64,000 bases of DNA from Pseudomonadota bacterium (GTDB lineage: Bacteria; Chloroflexota; UBA5177; JAJPKF01): contig JAJPKF010000025.1 in the NCBI GenBank assembly GCA_021323865.1, positions 128,355 to 192,354 on the forward strand, read 5' to 3'. The position numbers were made by a program, and so were the translations under genes. Below the pieces are notes generated by a model. It saw only the letters and a list, made by a program, of their open reading frames with translations, had not been told where the DNA came from and did not search any database. Of this stretch, positions 18,717 to 27,071 are shown one piece after another. Each line of letters starts with the position of its first letter. Position 1 is the first letter of the stretch.

Positions 18717-18890
18717 CTACTGCTGCTCGGGAAGGTGCTCCAGCACGTAGCCGGCATACCAGTCCGGCCAATCCGCGTCCGCGTGGCCCAGCGCTTTCTC
18801 GTACTCGGCGTGCGCCTTCTCGGCCTCCCGCAGCAGCCGCGACAATGTTGCCCGCATGTCGCCGTCATCGGTCATCTCCGGCAGCTCCAT
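18717..18890 (-). CDS. small hypothetical protein (57 aa)
   Basis: Below the ORF-track cutoff; ATG 18890 after GAGGGAGGG; MELPEMTDDGDMRATLSRLLREAEKAHAEYEKALGHADADWPDWYAGYVLEHLPEQQ. Confidence 0.45.
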   Translation of the reverse strand: MELPEMTDDGDMRATLSRLLREAEKAHAEYEKALGHADADWPDWYAGYVLEHLPEQQ

Positions 18891-18953
18891 GCCGTTCCCT
18901 CCCTCAGACCGTGTTCGACCTGACCCATCATGCCAAATGCGACTCCCGCCGGG

Positions 18954-20960
18954 CTACGGCGCCTCCACGGACGCCGTGACCTCGAAGATGCCCGCTCCGA
19001 GATCCACCTGCCAGCACAGGTTCCGGATGCGCAGCGTCTGGGTCACGCCCCCATCCGCCACCGCGATCACGTCGAGCGGCTGGTGCGCCGGATTGAGGGG
19101 TAGACGCACCTCACCCTCGACCGCCGAGCGCTGCGCCCACCGCAGCTCCAGCCCGGAGCGGATTGCGCACTGACCGCTGCTCGTCAGCAGACGGTCGACG
19201 ACGTGTCGGTGCACGACCGCTCCCTCGCTCTGCACGGCATCCGCATCGAGCGCCTCCGCGAACGACGGACCGCCACCGCTGCTCCCCGAGCCCACCACCC
19301 GCACCGAGTTGGGCCGCTTCCGTGAGGCCACCCGGCGTTCGATGGGCGGCACGCCGGCCCCGTACGTGAAGGACACCGGATCGCCCGCCTGCGGCTCCAT
19401 CAGCGTCAGGTTCTCCTGCTCGTCCAGGAACCAGAGGAAGCCATACAGATCGCCGAGCCGGCGCAGATGCTCCTCCCAGGCGGCGCCGCCTCGAATGGCG
19501 AAGCTGTCCACCGTCTGACCGAACTGCGGCGTGGCCGGTATGGCCGGCGTCAGGGGAAGACCCGCGCCGACGGCCACCTCGGCGGCCAGAAACCCCACCG
19601 TGGCGCCCAGGTAGTGGCGCTCCACAGGAACCGTGCGCTGCAGCAGCCGCAGCCGGTTGGATACCCGCAGCACCACGACCGAAACAGGCTTCCCGTGGCC
19701 GACGTCGCCCGCCACCACCTCCATCGCGTCGACGTAAAGCGTATGCGTCGGCACCGGCGACGCGCCGTAGCCGAGCGAGAGCTGCAGTATCGCCCCCACG
19801 CGCAGGGCGGAGACCGGCGGCTCCCGCGGTGTGTTCTGGCCGGTCTCGTTGGCGAGTGTGACCACGCCGGCCGTCACTCCGCTCGCCGGCTCATGCAGCG
19901 TCACAGCGAGCACCGAATCGGAGAGATCGAGCGAGGGCACGCCCGTCCCCGCCGCAGCGGTCGAGAGCACTACCCGACCGGCGTCGACCAGCAGCCATCC
20001 GCCCCTCCCGGCCGGACCGGCCGCCACGGACGCGCCGTTGACGAACGGCCCGGCGACAATCTGCTCCAACGCCCAATGCACGAAGTCCGGCGACGTCCAC
20101 AGCTCGCAGCGGTTCCGGGCCGTCCCCGTGTCCGAGCCCGAATCGTAGAGGACGGCCGCCATCCGGTAGCGTCCGCCGGCGATGGTGACCGAGGGGTAGG
20201 GGATCGAATGGCCGGTGAGCGGATCGTCGAGGGGATGAATGGCCGTCATGGTCCCGAAGGCGCCGGCCGCGTAGGTCAGCGTGGCCAGACAGAGCGCGCC
20301 GCCCGGCCGCGTCACGGCCCCGGCGGCCAGATGAAAGGCGCCCGCCGAGGCCACGCACCCCAGCCCGGCGATCTGCATGTACGGCCCGCCCGAGACCCCC
20401 GTCAGCGCCCAAAGGCCGCCCGAGAGACGGTAGTACTGCACCAGCTGGGCGCCGTCGTTGCCGGCAGCGCTGTCGATGGCGGCGAAGAGGTCGTTGGAGC
20501 CGGCCGATGCCAGCCCCCAGCAGCGGTCCGTGGTGGCGGCGACCACCGCTTCGGCGGACCAGCCGGTCCCATCCACGGAGGTCTGACAGCACAGATGGTT
20601 GTCGGAACCCCGCTGGTAGAAGAGGAAGATGGTGCCGCCCATCTGCGCCAAAGCGACACCGGCCTGGCCGGCCGCGCCCGCCGTTCGCAGACCGTAGGCG
20701 CTCCACTGGGCGGCGCTGGCCAGGTCGGCAACCACCTGTGAGTACACCTGCGCGTCGGCCCCCTGCCCCGGCTGGTTCACGTAGGCGCGTAGGTAGCTGC
20801 CCGAATCGAGCCGGAGGAGCGCCGAACGGCCCGCGTTTGCCGAAGAGATGGCGGCGGGCGATGGCCGGTCGAAGGCATCGGTGCACGTGAGCTGTAGGGC
20901 GGGCGCCTGGATCGGCGAGGCCAGGGCGTCGGAGATGGCCGGCGGCACGGCACGGACCAT
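18954..20960 (-). CDS. phage-like structural protein (sialidase/BNR-like N-terminal part plus tail/baseplate-like C-terminal part; function unverified)
   Basis: 668-aa uninterrupted ORF, SD GGAGTGAGGTG; N-terminal propeller-like pattern (TSVDGTGWS, LWTSPDFVHW); C-terminal 300 aa resembles phage tail-associated proteins by eye only. Confidence 0.65.
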   Translation of the reverse strand: MVRAVPPAISDALASPIQAPALQLTCTDAFDRPSPAAISSANAGRSALLRLDSGSYLRAYVNQPGQGADAQVYSQVVADLASAAQWSAYGLRTAGAAGQAGVALAQMGGTIFLFYQRGSDNHLCCQTSVDGTGWSAEAVVAATTDRCWGLASAGSNDLFAAIDSAAGNDGAQLVQYYRLSGGLWALTGVSGGPYMQIAGLGCVASAGAFHLAAGAVTRPGGALCLATLTYAAGAFGTMTAIHPLDDPLTGHSIPYPSVTIAGGRYRMAAVLYDSGSDTGTARNRCELWTSPDFVHWALEQIVAGPFVNGASVAAGPAGRGGWLLVDAGRVVLSTAAAGTGVPSLDLSDSVLAVTLHEPASGVTAGVVTLANETGQNTPREPPVSALRVGAILQLSLGYGASPVPTHTLYVDAMEVVAGDVGHGKPVSVVVLRVSNRLRLLQRTVPVERHYLGATVGFLAAEVAVGAGLPLTPAIPATPQFGQTVDSFAIRGGAAWEEHLRRLGDLYGFLWFLDEQENLTLMEPQAGDPVSFTYGAGVPPIERRVASRKRPNSVRVVGSGSSGGGPSFAEALDADAVQSEGAVVHRHVVDRLLTSSGQCAIRSGLELRWAQRSAVEGEVRLPLNPAHQPLDVIAVADGGVTQTLRIRNLCWQVDLGAGIFEVTASVEAP

Positions 20961-21023
20961 GAATCACCTCACTCCAAGCGGCCGCCCATTTCGGCTACCG
21001 GATCGAGACAGCGGCGGATGCCC

Positions 21024-22115
21024 CTAGAGCCGGTCCCATCGCTCGGGCTTGTCGCCCCAGGAGCCGACCGCGGCCACACCCGAGTTCTCTTCGTTCTTGA
21101 CCAGGGCGATTCGTTCGTTGAACCGCGTCTCGAGGTCCCGGCCGGTGGCCGCCCAAGCCGCCGGCACCTTGGTGTCGTCCACCTGGTCCCGAAACTGACC
21201 GTCGACATAGTGGAAGTTGTCGGCCGTGGGTACCAGATAGGCCCAGATGGCAAACATCGCCGCGCCCAGGCAGAGGACGTCCCAGTGGCGCTCGGGCATG
21301 GTGGTGCCGTTGGCGTCCAGCTCGTGCTTGGCGGCGTACCGCAGCCCGATCCAGCCGTAGTTGGGGTCCTGGCCGCCGGCATCGCCCGCGTTGGGCAGCT
21401 TTGAGTCGGATATCTGCAGCTCGAAGAGAGGAATGCCCTGGGTGGTGTTGGCGATGGGTGGCGCGGCGGCCGCGGCGATGGCGGCATCCGCAGCGCCGTC
21501 CACAAAGATGGTGGTGAGGTTGTCGCCCACCGACCCGGCGAGTGTCGGCTGTGTTCCGCCCGCGGCCGTTCGATAGATGCGCCGGTCCACGACGCCGTAT
21601 GGGCCGAGCGGCAGACCACCCAGCAGGGCGCGCTGACCGGCAGTCGCCGTCCCCGAGGCGAGGGGCGTGGGCATCGTCTCCCCGCCGCCCGGGACCAGGT
21701 GGGTGATCTGCCAGGAGTAGGCGCCCGAGGAGAGCGCCCCGCCGGCTCCCAGGGATATGGTCGCCGGCGGGGCGGAAGCAGGAGGAGGAACCAGCGCCGA
21801 GAGGCGCTCCTCGAAGGGCTGGCTCCAGTGGGGAAAGAGGCCATAGGGGTACTCGACGGCATCCGCGAACCAGGCGTCCGGCGGGAGGGCATACAGCCGC
21901 GAGAACGGCCAGGTGGGGATGAGCGTCTGTTTCAGCAGCGGCGCGGCGGACGTATAGACGTCGGTGGCGCGATCCAGGGCCCGAGCCAGATCCATGTCCG
22001 TCCAGCGCGGCTGGTCCCCGGCCCGCTGACCGGCATCGAACAGGTCAAGGCGCAGCCGGGCGATGAAATCGCTGAGCGTCGGCGTGAGGCCGGTGACGAC
22101 CACGATGGGGCTCAT
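21024..22115 (-). CDS. phage-like structural protein (function unverified)
   Basis: 363 aa, SD GGGAAGGA; directly upstream of the 668-aa ORF; N-terminal LSDFIARLRLDLFD...RWTDMDLARALDRA pattern resembles phage virion proteins. Confidence 0.6.
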   Translation of the reverse strand: MSPIVVVTGLTPTLSDFIARLRLDLFDAGQRAGDQPRWTDMDLARALDRATDVYTSAAPLLKQTLIPTWPFSRLYALPPDAWFADAVEYPYGLFPHWSQPFEERLSALVPPPASAPPATISLGAGGALSSGAYSWQITHLVPGGGETMPTPLASGTATAGQRALLGGLPLGPYGVVDRRIYRTAAGGTQPTLAGSVGDNLTTIFVDGAADAAIAAAAAPPIANTTQGIPLFELQISDSKLPNAGDAGGQDPNYGWIGLRYAAKHELDANGTTMPERHWDVLCLGAAMFAIWAYLVPTADNFHYVDGQFRDQVDDTKVPAAWAATGRDLETRFNERIALVKNEENSGVAAVGSWGDKPERWDRL

Positions 22116-22437
22116 TCCGGTCCTTCCCTGTCTCTGAACCGGTTGAGCATAGAGGGGAATCGGCGGCCGTCAAGGGGAAGAGCCGGGGTCGCCGGCAGGT
22201 CTGCTCTGATGATGCCGCGCCGGTGACGGCAGGGCACCACCGCGAGCGCCCGCTGGTCGGGACTCTGGCTCCGGCTCAGGCGTTGGTTCCTTCAATTGGT
22301 GCGGGCTCCGCCTCCGGGAGCGCACTGCCCACTGAGCGGTCGCCCGGGGAAAGTGGCATTTCGCGGCCCACAGGTGTAGGCTGGGGCACTTCGGGCCATC
22401 CCACCGCACCGTTCGATTTCCCTTGACGGAGAACCTG

Positions 22438-25425
22438 ATGAACCGCCTGGGCCTCCTTGCCGCCATGACCGGCCTGCTCCTCATTGCGCCCGTCGCAAAT
22501 GCCGCCGGACCTGTGCCATCCACAACGGCACTTGCCGTGCGGCATGCCCGGCCCGCGTCATTGCCCCGGCCGGCGCTCTATGCTCCACGCGCGTCGCGTG
22601 CCCGGTTGCTCGGTCTCCAGGCCGCCGGCCCGGCCGGGCCGCTGGGCGCCAACGGCGCGAAGACTCTCGGAGCCGGCGTGTCCGCACGTCCCTCCTTCCC
22701 CACTCCCGTGGGCATGTACCAACCCGCCCGCGGCGGCCGGTTCATGACCGGCGCGCCTCGTGCCTCGCTTCCTCCATGGGCAAACACGGCCTCCGTGATT
22801 CATCGCGATGGGGGCGTGTCGCCATCGCTGCCCGACGCCCCGGGCTGGACGGCGAGCAGTGCCCGCCGCCCCACCCTTGCTCCCGATCCTCAATCGACCG
22901 TCGGCGCCATCAGCTGTGTCTCGGCGACCAACTGCTGGGCCACGGCCAACTATTCCCTCACCGACGCCCACTATCGTGCCGCGCTCTTTCATCTGAAAAA
23001 CGGTCACTGGTCCTCCCGCGTCGCCCCGGCCCCCTCGGGTGTCACGCTGGGCGCGGGACTCAACCTCAGCTCGCTCTCCTGCCTGCCGTCCGGACGCTGC
23101 GTGGCCGCCGGCGAGTACAGCGCCAAGACCAAGACCAAGGCAGGCTTCAAGACGGAGCCCCTGATCGAGTCCGAGCAGCACGGAAAGTGGACGGCCATGA
23201 CCGCACTGCTCCCGGGGAACGCCGATCAAGATCCGCTCGCCATCCTGCGCTCGGTATCGTGCGCGACCATTACCTCCTGCGTGGCCACCGGCACCTACAA
23301 CAGCAAGAACCGGGTGCTCCCGCTCGTGGATGAAGCGAGCGCCTCGGGCTGGCACGCGCAGGTCCAGTCCCTGCCCAAAAATGCCGCGTCTCCCGCGTAC
23401 GTGACGACGGTGCAGGTGGTCTGCCCTTCCGCCGGTAACTGCACCATCGCCGGCGGCTACGATGCCCCCGGCGGCGCTCGCGGTCTGATCCTTCAGGAGA
23501 CCAGGGGCGCCTGGAAGACCATTCCGGTCAGCACTCCGAACGCCGGGCTCACGCTGCAGGCCCTCGACTGTCCCGCCGCCGGCGCCTGCGTGGCCGTTGG
23601 GCTGCGGTTCGCCAGCCGCGAAACGCCACTGGCCGCCGTCGAGAACAAGGGGACCTGGACGGCCGCCCAGCTTCCCCTGCCTGCCGGCGCCAAGAGCCCA
23701 TCCACCTACGCCAACATGTCGGGCATCGCCTGCTCGGCGATCCAGCACTGCGTCGCCGTCGGCGGCTTCGCGCGAGGGCAGAAGATGGAGCGACCGCTGG
23801 CCATCGTCGAGTCCCCCGCCGGTTGGAAAGCCCCGGCTGTACGGAGCCCAGACGGCAAGGTGGTCACCGGAGGCGTCCTCTTCGGTGTGGCTTGTTCCGG
23901 CCACTGCGTCGCGGTAGGCACCTACCAGCGGGGCATCACCCCGCGCCCGCTTGTCCTGACCGGCAGCGGGCTTTCCGCGACGTCCCCGTCACCACCCGGT
24001 GCGAACGGTCTGGCCGTCTTGCAGACGGTGACCTGTCCCGACGGCAGCCTGTGCCTCGCCGGGGGCAATTACCTTGATGCCCACCAGAACACGCAGCCCT
24101 GGTTCACGCTCGGCTCGGGCGCCGCCTGGATGTCGGCTGCTCCCGGGCTCCCCTCGGGCGCCGGCCGGCCCATAGACTTCTGGCTGGCCCGCGTGTCCTG
24201 TGCCGCGGGCGGAAGCTGTGAAGCGCTGGGCACCGACGCCGAGCGCAGCCTGTTCGCCGAGGCGCTCAGCCACTCGGGGTCGTCGCCGCCGGCGCGAATC
24301 CCCTCACCTGCGGACGCCGGCTGGAACACCCGGTTTTTCATCACCGGCCTCACCTGTCCCGCGGGCGGTGTCTGCACCGGCACGGCCGCCTACATCAACC
24401 GCTCGGGCGACCTGAAGTCCGAGATCGTCGGCCTGCACAAGGGGAAGTGGACCGTCGCGCCCGCGCCGCTGCCCGGCGGCCCCAGCGCCAAGGCCTCGGT
24501 CGACCTCTCGTCCGTGTCCTGCCGGTCCACCGCATACTGTGAGGTCGCCGGGGCCTACATCGACGCCCATGGCGGCCAGCACGGCCTTCTCATCACCGGC
24601 TCCGGCCACAGCTGGAAATCCTTCGACGCGCCGCTGCCATCAGACGCGGTTGCCAAGGCCCAGCCCTTCCTCGATTCCGTGAGCTGCTCGACGGGCGGCT
24701 GCGTCGCCGCCGGCGACTACCGCGCCGGCGGTAACCACATCGCCCCGGTTCTGGTGACCGGTGGGCCATCCGGCTGGAAGGCCATCAATCTGCCGCTGCT
24801 GCGGTTTCATGGTCAGAAGCCCGACCAGGCCGCGCTCCTGGACGTCAGCTGCGGCGTGGCCGGCTGTGCGGCGGCTGGCATCATGGTCGACCAGGCATCC
24901 GACGAGGCCGGGTTTGAGGCGGTCCATGGAGGATCGGGCTGGTTCTCGGTGCCCACTCCCGTTCCCAGTGGCGCCATCGGATCGGACCTCGCGGCGGTCT
25001 CCTGCCGTTCCAAGCCGTCGTGCGTGGCTGTCGGTGCCTACCTGAACAGCCAGTCCAGCGAGTATCCGCTGGTGGTCAGCGGATCGGGGTCGACATGGAA
25101 ATTCCAACACCTGTCCTGGCCCGGCCAGGCGCGCCCCGAGAGCAACCTCTCGCTGATCGACTGCGCGTCCCCCGGCTCCTGCGTCGCGGCCGGCGGCTAT
25201 CTGGGGCCCGGCTATGGGGAAGAGGTGCTCACCGTCTTCCAGAGTGGCTCGAAGTGGAAGCCGCGACGCGGGCCGCTGCCCTCGGACGCGTTCCAGTCGC
25301 CAGCCGGCGGCCACGAGGCGGCCGTCTTCGGTCTCTCCTGCGCGCCGCCGACGTTCTGTGTGGAGGCAGGCGAGTACATCGACCACAATCTGATCGGCCA
25401 GGGGCTGATCGACCGACGGTCGTGA
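22438..25425 (+). CDS. secreted ~995-aa Cys-pair repeat protein (paralogue 1)
   Basis: Signal peptide MNRLGLLAAMTGLLLIAPVANA; ~16 repeats, each ending in C-x(3-6)-C-[VA]-A-x-G-x-[YF] (VSCATITSCVATGTY, LDCPAAGACVAVG, VSCRSKPSCVAVGAY...). Confidence 0.85.
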   Translation: MNRLGLLAAMTGLLLIAPVANAAGPVPSTTALAVRHARPASLPRPALYAPRASRARLLGLQAAGPAGPLGANGAKTLGAGVSARPSFPTPVGMYQPARGGRFMTGAPRASLPPWANTASVIHRDGGVSPSLPDAPGWTASSARRPTLAPDPQSTVGAISCVSATNCWATANYSLTDAHYRAALFHLKNGHWSSRVAPAPSGVTLGAGLNLSSLSCLPSGRCVAAGEYSAKTKTKAGFKTEPLIESEQHGKWTAMTALLPGNADQDPLAILRSVSCATITSCVATGTYNSKNRVLPLVDEASASGWHAQVQSLPKNAASPAYVTTVQVVCPSAGNCTIAGGYDAPGGARGLILQETRGAWKTIPVSTPNAGLTLQALDCPAAGACVAVGLRFASRETPLAAVENKGTWTAAQLPLPAGAKSPSTYANMSGIACSAIQHCVAVGGFARGQKMERPLAIVESPAGWKAPAVRSPDGKVVTGGVLFGVACSGHCVAVGTYQRGITPRPLVLTGSGLSATSPSPPGANGLAVLQTVTCPDGSLCLAGGNYLDAHQNTQPWFTLGSGAAWMSAAPGLPSGAGRPIDFWLARVSCAAGGSCEALGTDAERSLFAEALSHSGSSPPARIPSPADAGWNTRFFITGLTCPAGGVCTGTAAYINRSGDLKSEIVGLHKGKWTVAPAPLPGGPSAKASVDLSSVSCRSTAYCEVAGAYIDAHGGQHGLLITGSGHSWKSFDAPLPSDAVAKAQPFLDSVSCSTGGCVAAGDYRAGGNHIAPVLVTGGPSGWKAINLPLLRFHGQKPDQAALLDVSCGVAGCAAAGIMVDQASDEAGFEAVHGGSGWFSVPTPVPSGAIGSDLAAVSCRSKPSCVAVGAYLNSQSSEYPLVVSGSGSTWKFQHLSWPGQARPESNLSLIDCASPGSCVAAGGYLGPGYGEEVLTVFQSGSKWKPRRGPLPSDAFQSPAGGHEAAVFGLSCAPPTFCVEAGEYIDHNLIGQGLIDRRS

Positions 25426-25759
25426 GCCGCGTCCGATTCATTTCCTCTAGCCGGCTTTGCCTGGACCTGCAGCAGAAGACGGAGACCGGCTGAACTCCCT
25501 CGCTCTGAGGGCTCCTCCGTTCCCATCCAGTCCGCATCCATAGCCGCCCGGCAGCAACCAGACGCGTGCCTCGACGAGTTCATGGCAAGACTCCTACCGC
25601 GACTAGGGCTTGCCATGGGGTTCCGGTCTCCGTCCCCTGCCTACGCTCGAGAGATAGACGGCCGCCAAAACGATAGCTTCCAACCCGCCCCGCCCCTTTC
25701 CGGCTCTCTCCAAGCCCTATGCCCGGGTCATGTCTCTCGCGTCAAGCCAATCCCGCCGC

Positions 25760-26485
25760 CTACGAGCGCGGCTTGATCTTGACCGGGATCAGGTAGCTGG
25801 GCAGCTCGCATCCGGGGCGGCAGCTCGGGTTCATGGTGATGGCCGTCGTCCCCACCCTCACGCCCACCCACTCCCAGAAGGCGCCCGCGGCACACTCCAC
25901 CTCGGGGCAGGCGCGCGGCGGCGTTCGACCTCTCGCCATCAGCGCCAGATAAGCAGACGGCGCCGAGGGCACATACAGCGGCTTGCGTGTGCCCTGCTCC
26001 CACACGTACACGGCGTCTCCCAGCCGCAGGGTCACCGGCTTGTGCGCCATGCCGTCGACGTGGGTCACGGCCGGCGGGGCCGGCCGGCCATGCAGCAGCG
26101 TGAGCTGCGGTATGGGCGGCTTTCGGGCCGGTGGACAGCCGAGACCCGGCCCGCTCAGCACCACGCGATGGCCGTGCAGGTCCCGGGCGACCATGGTCTC
26201 GCCGTTGCAGAGATCGATGTGCTTGACGCCCACCGAGAAACGGCCCCGGGGCGTGGTCCACAGCTCGAGGCCCACAACCACGGGCTTTTGTCGCAGCGCG
26301 AAGACCACCCGCTGCTTGGCCGGCCAGCCGGTGCCCCGTATCGCCAGGGAGTAGCCGGAAACGGAGATCAGTTTGAGGGCCGGCCCGCCGGCCGCCGCGG
26401 GACGCGCGAGCGCGGGAGCGGCCAGGACCGAGAACATCAGCGGCGCCGCGACGATGGTGGTCAACAGCAGGCGGCGAACGATCAT
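25760..26485 (-). CDS. secreted hypothetical protein (241 aa)
   Basis: ATG 26485 after GGAGGTGG; signal peptide MIVRRLLLTTIVAAPLMFSVLAAPALA; 8 Cys; lies between the two giant paralogues. Confidence 0.7.
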   Translation of the reverse strand: MIVRRLLLTTIVAAPLMFSVLAAPALARPAAAGGPALKLISVSGYSLAIRGTGWPAKQRVVFALRQKPVVVGLELWTTPRGRFSVGVKHIDLCNGETMVARDLHGHRVVLSGPGLGCPPARKPPIPQLTLLHGRPAPPAVTHVDGMAHKPVTLRLGDAVYVWEQGTRKPLYVPSAPSAYLALMARGRTPPRACPEVECAAGAFWEWVGVRVGTTAITMNPSCRPGCELPSYLIPVKIKPRS

Positions 26486-26640
26486 GACACTTCCACCTCC
26501 GGGAACGTGCAGATGCCGGTTCGGTACCGTGGCGGATCGCGGAGGCGTCCGCCCTGCCTCAGGGTACGCCCGAAATGAACGTCGGGGATTGTTTACATGT
26601 GAGCCGGCGCAGAATTGGTTTCCCCGTGTCTGGACCATCA

Positions 26641-26760
26641 GGTTCCTCCGTTCCTTGGTTCCCCCGTGCCCTAGCCGGCGCGGTCCTCTGTTCCTTGCTT
26701 TCGCCGGCTCCCTGGTCAGGGCGTTCCTGGGTTCCTTGGCCCCAGCTCGACCCAGGCTGA
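26641..26760. repeat. three tandem ~40-bp units with GGTTCCT-N-GTTCCTTG core in a divergent promoter region
   Basis: Units start at 26641, 26681, 26721 (ggttcctccgttccttgg / ggtcctctgttccttgc / cgttcctgggttccttgg); related copies at 27026-27039 and 22283-22294. Confidence 0.5.
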
Positions 26761-27071
26761 CGCCGGATCGGCTTCTACGACTTCATCGCCGCCGCCGCAC
26801 GGCCTTTGCAGCCGGCCCCAACGGCGAAGCCGGCGCGTCGCGCGTTGTCCCTTCGGGGCCTACTGACAAACCAGGAGTACGCCCGGCGTCCGGTCTACTG
26901 TCAAGGTGCTCGAATGCCCATCCAGACGCGGCCTCCGGACACTTGGATTTTCCGCCTGAATGATGTAGCCTGGGGAGCTTTCGGCATAGTTCACGGAGCG
27001 ACGTACCGCCGGACGGCAGCAAGCCGTTCCTGGTTCTCCCGAGGCCAACACGTAGGAGAGGAAAGAGAAGC

